IMG/VR virus record: IMGVR_UViG_3300030207_000882
Location: 1 to 31,209 of that record
Length of the DNA: 31,209 nucleotides
Direction: 5' to 3' (one strand)
DNA from: a virus
Taxonomy: Duplodnaviria; Caudoviricetes
The notes under the pieces were generated by a model. It did not search any database, was not told where the DNA came from, and saw only the letters and a list, made by a program, of their open reading frames with translations. The position numbers were made by a program, and so were the translations under genes. This document shows positions 17,675-28,017 of the stretch, piece by piece (the stretch's first letter is position 1; each line of letters opens with the position of its first letter).

Positions 17675-19383
17675 TGGCAGAAGAAAAGGGCCCAGTAAGT
17701 AGATTTTTGTCTGCTTTGGCTAGTCCATTTAGACGAAGAACTACTCCTCAACCTCAAATGCCATTGTATACTACAGGTATACAAGAGCCAGTATTAGCAC
17801 AAGGAATTACAATTCCTGCTCTTTATGCAGTAAGCCAAGAGAATCTAATTCTCCGTACTGTTCAGTCTAAACTAAGACAAGAAATTTTCAGACGGGGTTA
17901 TCATTGGGAAAAGAAGTTTAGAATGAAGTGTGTTGATTGCGAAGAGGAGTATCAACATGAAGTACAATCTTGTAAGTCATGTGGTGGTGAAGTACGCACT
18001 CCTGACCCTGAGCAAATAATCTATCCAAAGTGGCTCTTGAATCAAACTAACGCTATGGAGCAAACTTTCATGGAAGTGCTTGGTGAAATTGAGAATGACT
18101 TGAACATCGTGGATGATGCCTTTTTACTTCTCATCAAAGAATACTATGTTGACCCGGAGACAGGTGAAGTTGCCTTCTTCCGTGTAAAAGATATAGTTCG
18201 TGGTGACCCTATATTCATGCGTATTATCGCTGATAAGCGTGGTATTCGTGGTGGGCGATACAAGATTTGTCGCATTCATCGTGACCAAGTATCATACCCC
18301 GGTCAAGAGCCCGAGTGTACTATATGCGGTTCTCGTTTAGTAGACGCTCATTATGTCAATATGGCTGGAAGTGGCAAGAATCAGTATTTCACAAAAGGCG
18401 AAGTTATACACATCAGTAAGTACAATCCATCTAAGTTGTATGGTCGTGCTCCTGTCAACACTATGTGGAGACAGGCAATGAGTCTTACTGCAATGGATAA
18501 TTACATCTATACTGCTTATCAGAAAAGACGTACCCCTAAGGGTATTATTTCAGTAACAACTGATAATCTTGAGTCTATGAAATCTTTTTGGAAATCTGTT
18601 GATGAGAAGATGGAACGTGACCCTCATTATGTACCGAAAGTTGGTATTGAGTCGTCTTCAGGCCGTGGTGGTGTCAATTGGGTCAAATTCATGGATACCT
18701 TAGAGGAGATGCAGTACATTGCTGTGCGTGATGAAATACGAAATCGCATTGCTGCTTTTTATGGTGTCTCCTCTATCTTTATGATTGACAATGGTAAATC
18801 AGGCGGATTAAATAATGAAGGTCTACAAATATTGGTTACTAATCGTGCCGTTGAGTTTGGTCAGAAAGTGTACACTGAGAATCTGTTTCCTCGTATGTTA
18901 AAAGAAATGGATGTTACTGATTGGAAATTAACTCTGTATCCAAACGAAGAGGAAGATGAAATTACACGCTTACGTCGTGATGAGATGGAAGTTAATCTCG
19001 CTCAGCGCATGGCTATGCTTGGCTATAAACCTGAATTACTTGAAGAAGGAGATAGAGATATTCGTTTCGTCTATAGAAAACAAGAGCAGCAAGAGCAGCA
19101 AGCACAGCAACCTCAACAACAAATGATGATGCAGCCGGGTGGAGGAATACCACCTCAAATGATGCAAGGTGGTAGAATGCCACCTCAAATGATGCCGCCT
19201 TCTCAACCGGGTGGTGAGGGAATGGGTATACGCACTCCACGCTCACCAGCAAGACCACAAGCACGCTCTTCACCGGGAGCAGGTTCACCCGTAACTAGTG
19301 TGCAGCAAAGGGGACCAGCACCAACAATTTCGCAGCAGAATAGTAATGCTATGCTAAATTCAAGATTACCGAGAGGTCAGTAA
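17671..19383 (+). CDS. Portal protein with Zn-ribbon insertions
   Basis: Located between terL and the protease. DLNIVDDAFL, EVIHISKYNPSKLYGRAP and RNRIAAFYGVSSIF are HK97-like portal motifs. Q/P-rich tail. Confidence 0.88.
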   Translation: MMAEEKGPVSRFLSALASPFRRRTTPQPQMPLYTTGIQEPVLAQGITIPALYAVSQENLILRTVQSKLRQEIFRRGYHWEKKFRMKCVDCEEEYQHEVQSCKSCGGEVRTPDPEQIIYPKWLLNQTNAMEQTFMEVLGEIENDLNIVDDAFLLLIKEYYVDPETGEVAFFRVKDIVRGDPIFMRIIADKRGIRGGRYKICRIHRDQVSYPGQEPECTICGSRLVDAHYVNMAGSGKNQYFTKGEVIHISKYNPSKLYGRAPVNTMWRQAMSLTAMDNYIYTAYQKRRTPKGIISVTTDNLESMKSFWKSVDEKMERDPHYVPKVGIESSSGRGGVNWVKFMDTLEEMQYIAVRDEIRNRIAAFYGVSSIFMIDNGKSGGLNNEGLQILVTNRAVEFGQKVYTENLFPRMLKEMDVTDWKLTLYPNEEEDEITRLRRDEMEVNLAQRMAMLGYKPELLEEGDRDIRFVYRKQEQQEQQAQQPQQQMMMQPGGGIPPQMMQGGRMPPQMMPPSQPGGEGMGIRTPRSPARPQARSSPGAGSPVTSVQQRGPAPTISQQNSNAMLNSRLPRGQ

Positions 19384-19427
19384 CATTATTTAAGGCTGCA
19401 TTGATACGAATAACAAGAGGGGAGAGC

Positions 19428-19778
19428 ATGGACTTAAGGAAAATGGACCCAATGGCCCGTAAACTAGCAGTACACAGTAAGCAATTCGCTAAGGCTTTAG
19501 AAGATGGAAATGCTACAGATGCACAGACTCATATCAATGAAATTCTAAAGTTCGCTGGTTATTTATCAGAGGATTTACATTCCGCTATTGTAAAGGCTGA
19601 AAGAGAAACTGTTGAACTACAACAGTACAATATTATATCCAAGATGAATGTATCAGGTCAAAAGTTTGATACAAGTCAACGTTCAGATGTTTTACCCGGT
19701 ACTATTCTAGCCGCTAGAACACAAAGAGGTATGCGCCCTCATCAGGGTACTTTTGGTAGATTTATTCCTGACCAGTAG
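19428..19778 (+). CDS. Hypothetical head-module protein
   Basis: GGGGAG RBS before ATG 19428; contains AIVK|A. Confidence 0.65.
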   Translation: MDLRKMDPMARKLAVHSKQFAKALEDGNATDAQTHINEILKFAGYLSEDLHSAIVKAERETVELQQYNIISKMNVSGQKFDTSQRSDVLPGTILAARTQRGMRPHQGTFGRFIPDQ

Positions 19779-19786
19779 GTGTTAAC

Positions 19787-20116
19787 ATGAGTGAGGAAAC
19801 ATCCCCTACTGAAAAACTGATGAACACTTTGATTTCTAAAATGGAAAACATGGATAGTGATTTACAATCTCTAAAACATGAAAATGCTCTACTTAGAAAG
19901 CAATTGAATAATCCATCTTCTATGCTTCGTAAGGCTGGTTTTGTTTCATCAATTACACCACTTAATGAAAACGTAGAGGTTGATGCTTTCCGTGCTAATG
20001 ATGATGCCATCATTAAAGGACACGATAATTTCTCTAATTCTGAAATCCATCAAATGACATGGGATGAGATACATGAAATGGCTGAGCAAGCCAAAGGAAC
20101 TGAGGTGAATGCATGA
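19787..20116 (+). CDS. Small coiled-coil, scaffold-like protein
   Basis: Coiled coil, and C-terminal MTWDEIHEMA matching the protease-scaffold tail MSWEEVHQLA. Confidence 0.65.
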   Translation: MSEETSPTEKLMNTLISKMENMDSDLQSLKHENALLRKQLNNPSSMLRKAGFVSSITPLNENVEVDAFRANDDAIIKGHDNFSNSEIHQMTWDEIHEMAEQAKGTEVNA

Positions 20117-21093
20117 AACCAATTCCGTCGCCAGTAGGTAAAGACGCACTAGATATGCTTAGAAAGGCTGAACAACTTTTACAGAAAGCAGAAAAACTAG
20201 AAATGGTTGAACATGAGGGTAAGAAGGTTCCTCACTTTGCTGCTGACGGTAAGGGTACAAAGGACATGAAGGCTAAGGCTGACATGGCTACCAAAGACAA
20301 ATACTGCATGGAGAAATTCGGCAAGCAATACTCCGAGTGCTCTAAAGCGCAGAAAGCACAGTGCGATAGAGTTCATGGTAAGGTCGAAAAAGCCGAAGGT
20401 CATGAAGAAAAAATCGTTGCTTGTCTCAAGAAGAAAGGCGGTGCTGCCAGTCTTGAGGAATGCGCTAAAGCGTGTGGTATTTCTCCTAAAGAATGCAAGA
20501 AAGTCATTGCTGGTATGGATAACGTACAGACTTCAAAGCACGGTGACATTGTGTTGACTGACGGCCTAAGTGATGAAGAATTGGAAAAAGCAGGTTGTAT
20601 GCCCAGTCACAAAAAAGAAAAGAAAGGAAAGGTGAAGAAAGGATTCGATGCGGGCTCTCAACCCGGATTTACCACTTCTTATGATTCAAACCCTATGGGG
20701 GTAATGTTCCTTGCTGAGAGTGGCGGTCAAACTCGAAATGCTTACTACACAACTAATCAATATCCATACAATGCTGAGGATGTTGCGAACAAAGGGTCAA
20801 CTTCTGAATCATTCAACATGGAGTCAATCTCAGGTCAGATGAATCCTCATGATGGTGGTGGTGTGGATAGACAAGTAGAAAACGGAGTATTATCTAAAGC
20901 ACAGGCTGCTTTGGCTAAAGCAAAAGAAGATGTTTTGAAAGCAGTATGTCGCCAGTGCGGAGGCAATCAATTTTCAGGATGTAAACTAGGATTTGGTGAT
21001 GATTGTCCCGGTCTTGAAGGCACTACTGAAATCGGTGAAATGGTAGATGAGGAGCGTTACGACCCCAGTGAATACATGAGAACTCAGTATTGA
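20113..21093 (+). CDS. Lys/Cys-rich modular head-associated protein
   Basis: GAGGTGA RBS. Many K|A and K|G sites, a wHTH-like module (IVACLKKKGGAASLEECAKACGIS) and a CxxC near the C-terminus. Confidence 0.7.
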   Translation: MKPIPSPVGKDALDMLRKAEQLLQKAEKLEMVEHEGKKVPHFAADGKGTKDMKAKADMATKDKYCMEKFGKQYSECSKAQKAQCDRVHGKVEKAEGHEEKIVACLKKKGGAASLEECAKACGISPKECKKVIAGMDNVQTSKHGDIVLTDGLSDEELEKAGCMPSHKKEKKGKVKKGFDAGSQPGFTTSYDSNPMGVMFLAESGGQTRNAYYTTNQYPYNAEDVANKGSTSESFNMESISGQMNPHDGGGVDRQVENGVLSKAQAALAKAKEDVLKAVCRQCGGNQFSGCKLGFGDDCPGLEGTTEIGEMVDEERYDPSEYMRTQY

Positions 21094-21106
21094 TGGTGGT
21101 GAAGAT

Positions 21107-24100
21107 GTGCGAGAAGATGCTACTGACTGGTATCTAAGAGCACGTTCAGATTTACTCAAATCACTGCTCGACGGTTACGATTACCACAACTCTATTGCTA
21201 ATTACATCTTAGCAACTGAGAACTTAGAAAACCACGGCTATGAAATTATCAAAGGTCATAATGACTTTTTTTGTGACATGGTCGTAAAAGAAGAGGAGAA
21301 GTCTATTGAAGATATGATGGCTTCTGAAAGTCGTAAAGAGAGAAGGATAGGTCGAACAAAGAGAGCAGAGGCCGAGCGAGGTAGAATGACCGAAAGAGGT
21401 CGTGAGAGGGAGGAATCAAGACTTATCTTTTCGGGGTCGGGTGCTGAAACCATACCTAATCATCACTGGAAGGGGAGGTTTCCTGAATCGTCTATACATG
21501 ATTTTACTAGTCTTTGGCCCGATGCTCCTATGAAAGAAGACTCACTTTATTCAGATACTCACCGTTTCCAAAAAGAGCATCATCCTTTGTTAAATGTTAA
21601 TTCCGTTACTGGTTTACCAGCGTATATTGAAACTCTAAGAGATTTTTATTTACCCACTGAACCCGGTGCTCAATCAATGGCTGAGAGGGTAAAAAAACAT
21701 GAGTCAATGCATGAGAATCATTTTAGCAATAAAAGCAATCCTAGTGTTATTGGTATTAAAGATGACATGACGGGAGAAGTTACTCATCCTTTCAAAGGTC
21801 CTCTACACGATTCTCATTTACACGATTTTTACTTAGACAACCTTGAGACTTGGAAAAAAGACAATCAGGATTTAGTTAACTCAATCACTAATGAATACGA
21901 CAATCCCGCTGAACAAGATTTTGCTATAGCGCAAGCACACATGGATGATGCTATTAAGGGTTGGATGAATGAGGAACTAAATGATAATGGTCTAAGAACT
22001 TCATTAGGCTGGGGTGGTTACAATTTTGGTCTTGAGTTTCTTTCACCCTCTCAGAGAGAAAATGTTATCACTCATCTTATGGAGAAAGGGTCTAACTCAG
22101 AAGCAGCGCAGAAAATAAACATAGATGGTGGTAAGGGTAGGATTATTTCAGTGGGTCGTGTCAAAAGAAACTTGGCTCATAGATTCTCACCTGAGTTCTT
22201 TAGTGAAATGAGAAATATATTACACACATCTCAGAATCAAAGAAGTCATGTAGAAGGCTCTGATGATTTTCGTGATATAACTGACCATGATGCTGAATTA
22301 CTTTTCACTGCCTTACATGAGGCTGAACATGAAGCAGGTGGGACTATGGCTGATGCTATAATAGCAGCATTAAATGAAAAACACAGCCCTGAAGAGGGTG
22401 AACCTCCCCTTGATAATTTAAGAGCACTACGAAGTTTAGGTGAAGCAAAGTCTGCTTTAGATTCGCCGCAGGTAATCTCTAATTTGATGGATAGAAAAAT
22501 TCCTAGTAATTCTATAAATAAAGCAGCATTACTTCATCTACTAGGGTTAAAACAAACTAAGGATGGTTATGAAGCATCTGAAAAAGGTCATTTCGATGGA
22601 ACTAACAGACCTTTAGGAGTTAAGGATATAGAAGAACTTGATAGAATGATAGTTCAAGGTAGAGTTGGTTTAATTAGAGATAAACTGATTAGAAACGCTC
22701 AGGCTCATAGTCATCTTGGATTCAACGGTCCACATGAGGATGATATACCTGAAGATGAGGCTGATTTATGGATGAGAACGGAACATGGGCCTGTGGGCGT
22801 AGGGGCAATTTTCCATCTCCCTTACATTGGTGGTGGTAACGGAAGAAGTAGTCTATCAATGCTTGAAATGCTACACGACTGGATGCCTAAAGATGAAGAT
22901 GGTAATAGTCTGATTGGCTCTGTAACGCCCGACGGTAGAATAGTCATAAACCGTAAAAATACAGGACTCTTTGGCTCGGTGATTCCTGTTGACCGTACTG
23001 GTGCTTTTTCTAAAGAAATGAACCCACATGAAACACAGTCTTTTTGGGATGTGTCTGCTAAGAGAAAAGAGGGCGCTAGAGGTAGATTCAAGGTTAGGAA
23101 TACTAAAAATAATGAAATGGTCGGGCACTCTACTTTAGACCCTGAGGTCGCAAATATACTTGGGAGACTAACTTATGATGAGAGAGTAGATTTGATTGGC
23201 TCAGGTCGTACTAATCATCATTTAGGTTATCATACTTCTTTGGGCCATAATCCTATAATGTCAAGAGGAAAAATATTGGAGGGCACTGAGACTAGAATCC
23301 GTAACACTAGCCTTCACTCACACAACTTACACACTCGATTAGGTAGGAACTTCCCTCCTCACGCACCTGCTAAAACTAGGTGGTTGAAAGCGCAAGATAT
23401 TAAGAATCCTAAAAATAAAGATGCACGCACTCACATAGGAGATGCTAGAGTTTGGGATGCAACACATAAACTGTCAGGTAAAGGTGTGAGTGATTTACCT
23501 GAAAAGTCTAGCCCTGTATTTCAAGCAAAGTTAGAAAGTGCCTTAGATGAAGTTAATCATTTAGAAGACCAAGTGAGTATGTACGCTGGAGCAGAAGATG
23601 AAATGCCCGAAGGTCTAATGGAAGAACTAGTGGCCGCTAGGTCAAACTTACATAATCTTGAGGAGGTTGGTGGGACTACAATGGCTTCAGGTAGAGGGTT
23701 TACCTTTGGTCATGACCAGTTTGACATTAAAGGAGATGCCGATTTAGCAGCAATTACTCAAATGGCTATGATTCTAAAGCCAATTATGGAAAAAGCAGAC
23801 CCTGAGGCATTTGACCCTAGTGATAAGTTAAAGTTCCTTGCTAACTCATCACGTCTTTTTTATGATGCAAATAGAATGCTAATGATAGCACCACACAGTG
23901 CTCACGGTCTTACAACACATGGACCGGGGATAGACACAGAAAAAATACCATCTGCTAGCGCCACTGCATCCCAAATGATAGGAGACACAATAGTTCCTCA
24001 TCGTAATATGATGATAAGCACTATACAAAATGGTGTTGATATTACTAGAGATATGAGTGTTCAAGAAGTTATGACTGCTCTTGGTTTTGACCACGATGAA

Positions 24101-26545
24101 GATGATGGGCTATACACACTGGAGCGAGCAAGGTTACATGAGCAACACAAAGAACTCGCTCAGAAAATCATAGACAGTGTGCCTGAAGAGGGGGGTCTAC
24201 GTGCTCTAACGCATGGGTCATTACTTAGCACTGGGATGGGCTTTCACCCTAGAGGTCAAGATATTTCATTAGACCATGAACTTCATACTAACCACATGAC
24301 TGCTTTTGAAGAAGCCTATGATAATGAGCCAGTAGTTCAGCGCTACAAAGAGATGGCTAGAGAAAAAGCATCTACTGGTAGAGCATCCCAAAGAGGAAAA
24401 GAAACTAAAGGTTTGAATGATTGGTTCAAAACTAATTATCTCGGTAAGTTAGGTGTTATTCCTAGACTTATGAGCGGTCCTTACTCTAATGAGGCTGAAA
24501 AATATGGTCTAATGTATCATGACATGGGCAAGGTAGCAGATAAAAGTCATAATAAAAGCAAGGTCAAGAGTCTTATTCATAATGTAATTACGGTAGACCC
24601 TAATCTAGTTGATAGGAGTTTAATTGCTAATGAAACAATAGATGGTGAAATGACTAACATCACTAAATTAAACAGAAGAGGTGGTAGAGAAATACACCCT
24701 GCTACTTCTTTGAAAGGGGCAGCAGTTGGAGATTACTTCACATCAGGGCGTATGGAAATGGCTTATCCGATGTCACCTACAGTTGGTATAGAATGGAATG
24801 GCTCTGACTTTGTTGCTGGGACCAATGGAGCAAATCAACAAGTCTTACACTCAATCAGCGAACAATCACTAAATGATATACACGGTGAAGATTTAGTTCA
24901 GCAGGTTATGGCTTTACCCGGCGAATTTCAAAGAGGGCCGTTGTCTCAACAGCCAAATATTCTATTAGGAGGTAGGGCTGAAAGTGATGAGCCTACTGAC
25001 ATAGGTAAATCACTGATGGCTTTGATGGACCCTGATGCCTTGTTGAAAGGTGAAGATGGTAAGCCTTTACCGATTCTTCCAATGCATCGCATCTTTTCAA
25101 TCAAAGACTTTGAAGCGTTACGAGGCTTCAGTGGGGAATGGGTAGTTTCTATTCTTCCTGCTTCTGAGAGGTTTATAGTTCGTAAGAAGGGTAGTAGAAT
25201 CACAGCATATGATAAGCATGGTGATGTTGCTTTATCTCCTGAAGATAGAAAACAATTCAGGGCTTTGAATGACAAAAACTGGATGTTAGATGCAACTAAG
25301 AGTGATGATGAAATTCATATCGTAGACATAATTGAGTATGATGACTCTAATATCGCTGACATGACTGTTAGAGAGAGATTGAAAGTATTGAGGGGGCAAT
25401 TCGACAGTCATGAACATGTCATAGTTCCCGGTCCTCATAACTTACGTTTAACAGATACTGAGGGCTTGAATGAAGTTGTCGAGAGTTTGAAAGAGTCAGG
25501 AAAGAGGATGTTACTACGTGATGCAACTTCAACATACATGCGTGGTGAGCGCAGACACCCTAAGTGGTTTTTACTAAGACCTGATAAACAAGTGACTCTT
25601 ATCATTCTTGATGTTAGAGGTAAGGGGCCATTTACATATCGTTTAGGTGCTGGACCTTTAGATGCAGAAGGGTTTGGTAATAGAGGAGTAGAATACGAAG
25701 GGCAATCTTATCTTGACGTAGGTACTGTGAAGAGTCCTAAACCGTTTGAAGAAGGAGACTTCGTTAATGTCAAAGTATCAGGTGTAAAATCTAGGAATAA
25801 GAATGGTAAAACACTCTATGATGTTGCTACCTCTAGGATAGTATCAGAGGCGGAGGATGCACCAGCCTCACTTGAGACGCTTTCATTACTCACAAAATCA
25901 CATCCAGTGATACCAGTTCAGTTTTCACTAGATGTCAGTCACAATAAACTCACTCTATCATTCCCCGAAGTAGATGATGTGGTTTACAAAATGGAGAGAA
26001 ACTCTCATGGTATGTGGGCTCATTCCCCTTATTCTACATTGGCTGAGTTACAGAAAAATGAATACCCTATACTATTGGCTGAGAGCCTACGACCTTTATG
26101 GAATCAAGCAGCATCTCTGATGATTAAAGGTGCAACACCTGATGTAGAAAACAACGCTAGAAGCATGGCAGACCCTGAGCACCGTAAAGAATCTGAAAAA
26201 GAGTCTGCTGGAATTATAGATGAAGATGATGAAATGAACATTCTAAAACCAAATCAAATGGTAAAGACATTGACTCGTATTGCTGACCTAATGGATAAAC
26301 TAGCAAAGGAAAAAATGTCAGGTAGAACCAGTGCTCAAGGATTTGGCATAGACGTTGGAGACGGTACTGAGTCTCCTAGAGGGCCAACTTCATTGAATAG
26401 CGAACAGTCATTACCTGATTGGGATATGTTGAAGCGCCCAACAGAAGACCCGGAGGAAGAATACCCAGCAGTTCGTAGCAAGCGACTAAAACGCAAAAAT
26501 AGAGAGGAGTCTAACGTTTATGAAGCAGAATCGGAAAATGAGTAA
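21107..26545 (+). CDS. 1812-aa protein with a C-terminal degenerate ATP-dependent DNA ligase-like domain (NTase plus OB fold)
   Basis: WMLDA, IVDIIEYDDSNIADMTVRERLKVL and MLLRDATSTYMRGERRHPKWFLL echo ligase motifs III, IIIa, IV and V. The motif I Lys is absent. Confidence 0.75.
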   Translation: MREDATDWYLRARSDLLKSLLDGYDYHNSIANYILATENLENHGYEIIKGHNDFFCDMVVKEEEKSIEDMMASESRKERRIGRTKRAEAERGRMTERGREREESRLIFSGSGAETIPNHHWKGRFPESSIHDFTSLWPDAPMKEDSLYSDTHRFQKEHHPLLNVNSVTGLPAYIETLRDFYLPTEPGAQSMAERVKKHESMHENHFSNKSNPSVIGIKDDMTGEVTHPFKGPLHDSHLHDFYLDNLETWKKDNQDLVNSITNEYDNPAEQDFAIAQAHMDDAIKGWMNEELNDNGLRTSLGWGGYNFGLEFLSPSQRENVITHLMEKGSNSEAAQKINIDGGKGRIISVGRVKRNLAHRFSPEFFSEMRNILHTSQNQRSHVEGSDDFRDITDHDAELLFTALHEAEHEAGGTMADAIIAALNEKHSPEEGEPPLDNLRALRSLGEAKSALDSPQVISNLMDRKIPSNSINKAALLHLLGLKQTKDGYEASEKGHFDGTNRPLGVKDIEELDRMIVQGRVGLIRDKLIRNAQAHSHLGFNGPHEDDIPEDEADLWMRTEHGPVGVGAIFHLPYIGGGNGRSSLSMLEMLHDWMPKDEDGNSLIGSVTPDGRIVINRKNTGLFGSVIPVDRTGAFSKEMNPHETQSFWDVSAKRKEGARGRFKVRNTKNNEMVGHSTLDPEVANILGRLTYDERVDLIGSGRTNHHLGYHTSLGHNPIMSRGKILEGTETRIRNTSLHSHNLHTRLGRNFPPHAPAKTRWLKAQDIKNPKNKDARTHIGDARVWDATHKLSGKGVSDLPEKSSPVFQAKLESALDEVNHLEDQVSMYAGAEDEMPEGLMEELVAARSNLHNLEEVGGTTMASGRGFTFGHDQFDIKGDADLAAITQMAMILKPIMEKADPEAFDPSDKLKFLANSSRLFYDANRMLMIAPHSAHGLTTHGPGIDTEKIPSASATASQMIGDTIVPHRNMMISTIQNGVDITRDMSVQEVMTALGFDHDEDDGLYTLERARLHEQHKELAQKIIDSVPEEGGLRALTHGSLLSTGMGFHPRGQDISLDHELHTNHMTAFEEAYDNEPVVQRYKEMAREKASTGRASQRGKETKGLNDWFKTNYLGKLGVIPRLMSGPYSNEAEKYGLMYHDMGKVADKSHNKSKVKSLIHNVITVDPNLVDRSLIANETIDGEMTNITKLNRRGGREIHPATSLKGAAVGDYFTSGRMEMAYPMSPTVGIEWNGSDFVAGTNGANQQVLHSISEQSLNDIHGEDLVQQVMALPGEFQRGPLSQQPNILLGGRAESDEPTDIGKSLMALMDPDALLKGEDGKPLPILPMHRIFSIKDFEALRGFSGEWVVSILPASERFIVRKKGSRITAYDKHGDVALSPEDRKQFRALNDKNWMLDATKSDDEIHIVDIIEYDDSNIADMTVRERLKVLRGQFDSHEHVIVPGPHNLRLTDTEGLNEVVESLKESGKRMLLRDATSTYMRGERRHPKWFLLRPDKQVTLIILDVRGKGPFTYRLGAGPLDAEGFGNRGVEYEGQSYLDVGTVKSPKPFEEGDFVNVKVSGVKSRNKNGKTLYDVATSRIVSEAEDAPASLETLSLLTKSHPVIPVQFSLDVSHNKLTLSFPEVDDVVYKMERNSHGMWAHSPYSTLAELQKNEYPILLAESLRPLWNQAASLMIKGATPDVENNARSMADPEHRKESEKESAGIIDEDDEMNILKPNQMVKTLTRIADLMDKLAKEKMSGRTSAQGFGIDVGDGTESPRGPTSLNSEQSLPDWDMLKRPTEDPEEEYPAVRSKRLKRKNREESNVYEAESENE

Positions 26546-26589
26546 TGCCGCTTTATTAATATACCAAAAGCAAACAAGGAGGGGTTAGT

Positions 26590-27981
26590 GTGTTGCTCAG
26601 AACTCGACAAGACAGCATCTCTCTGCTCAAAGGGAGCAATGACCTCGTGGTCGCAGGATATGCTAGTGTCGAACTGGTTGACAAGCAGGGGGATTTGATA
26701 ACTCGGTCAGCCTTGAAAGATGCTTTCAAGAAATACATGGCAGACCCGAAGTATAGAAATGTGCAATTAGCGCACTCTAATATTCAGGTAGGAGAAGTCA
26801 TTCCACAATACACAGATAGTGAAGGGAGGTTATGGAAAAGCGAAGTTGACGATGCAGGAATGTTCGTCGTAGTTCAACTTAGGAATGACATCGAAAAGGC
26901 ACGAGAAGTGGCAGCAGAAGTCAGAAAGGGGAATTTAGCGGGATTCAGCATCGGAGGACAAGCATTCAAGCGAGTTCGGAAACATGATAATAGTCACGGC
27001 AATTATCAAGAAATTAGTAAACTAGAACTTCACGAAATCACTATCTGCGAAAAAGGAATAAACCCCGAAGCAACATTCAAAATCCTAAAAGAAGACAAAA
27101 ATATGGAGATGACTAAAATGAGCGACGATGTAATGGAGCAAATGAACAGCGTTCTTGAGCGCCTAGAAGGAAGATTGGATTCTATGGAAAAAGGTGAAAT
27201 GCCACCTCAACTCAAAGAAGCCATGAAGGACAAGAAAAAGGATGACAAGGATGAGGAAAAAATGGATAAAGGTATGGATAAGATGAAAGATGACAAAGAA
27301 GCCATGTATAACATGGAGAAAGACAAGGATGAAGACGACAAGAAAAAATCCGAGTATTCTGACGTTATCTCTGCTGAGTACCTAGACTGGATGGAAAACA
27401 CTTTGAAATCCGCTGGCGTAGATACAGATGGTGCAAGACAGCACTTTGACGGTATCAGCAAGGCAAACCTTGGTTCCACACCTGAATCTATTGGAGACGG
27501 TGCAGACTACTTTGCAGGTCAAGTAAAGGGCCGTGCTCAAGAAGGTGGTAGCCCATCTACTAACGCACTACAACGTGCTGGTCTAATGTCAGGTGGTGCT
27601 GAAGTCAACAAAGGTGACTTTGTAACATCTGTAGACCCAGCATCACTAGAATACGCATACGAAGTCTTCAAGGCAGCAAAGCAAGAAGAAGAACTTCGCA
27701 AGGGTATGGAAGTCAACTTCGAGTCACGCTACGCTCAAGAGCGCAGTGTTGAACTCGAAAAGGCTGCTGCTCAATCATTTGATGCTCGTGGCCCACTGGA
27801 TGAAATCATGAAGTCACTGAGTGCTCTTAACGAGAGAATTGACAACATTGGTTCAGTAGAATCTACAACAATCGCAAAATCTGCTTCCCCTGCTATCGAG
27901 GTCCCATCAACGGCTGACCTAGGTAACATGTCTTGGGAAGAAGTTCACCAACTCGCTGGAGGATTATTCCGAGACGAGTGA
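26590..27981 (+). CDS. HK97-family prohead protease fused to a C-terminal scaffold
   Basis: VVAGYASVELVDKQGDLI, catalytic His (LAHS), Ser (GFSIGG) and EITICEKGINPEA, followed by a charged coiled-coil C-terminal half. Confidence 0.92.
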   Translation: MLLRTRQDSISLLKGSNDLVVAGYASVELVDKQGDLITRSALKDAFKKYMADPKYRNVQLAHSNIQVGEVIPQYTDSEGRLWKSEVDDAGMFVVVQLRNDIEKAREVAAEVRKGNLAGFSIGGQAFKRVRKHDNSHGNYQEISKLELHEITICEKGINPEATFKILKEDKNMEMTKMSDDVMEQMNSVLERLEGRLDSMEKGEMPPQLKEAMKDKKKDDKDEEKMDKGMDKMKDDKEAMYNMEKDKDEDDKKKSEYSDVISAEYLDWMENTLKSAGVDTDGARQHFDGISKANLGSTPESIGDGADYFAGQVKGRAQEGGSPSTNALQRAGLMSGGAEVNKGDFVTSVDPASLEYAYEVFKAAKQEEELRKGMEVNFESRYAQERSVELEKAAAQSFDARGPLDEIMKSLSALNERIDNIGSVESTTIAKSASPAIEVPSTADLGNMSWEEVHQLAGGLFRDE

Positions 27982-28002
27982 AACTCAAAGAATTAAGTAA
28001 AT

Positions 28003-28012
28003 AGGAGATGAA
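28003..28012 (+). promoter_or_regulatory. RBS AGGAGATGAA shared by three structural genes (also at 29217-29226 and 30027-30036)
   Basis: An identical 10-mer is followed by a 5-nt A-rich spacer and ATGGCA before 28018, 29232 and 30042. Confidence 0.7.
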
Positions 28013-28017
28013 GAAAA

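Noticed and set aside
8578-20557. Alternate-frame + strand ORFs 8578-8826, 13449-13631 and 20375-20557
   Set aside because: They are fully nested in longer genes, and their composition is explained by the main frame.
21107-26545. The giant ORF as tape measure protein or active DNA ligase
   Set aside because: It lies in the head module, lacks tape-measure Ala/Gly helical repeats, and is missing the ligase catalytic Lys.
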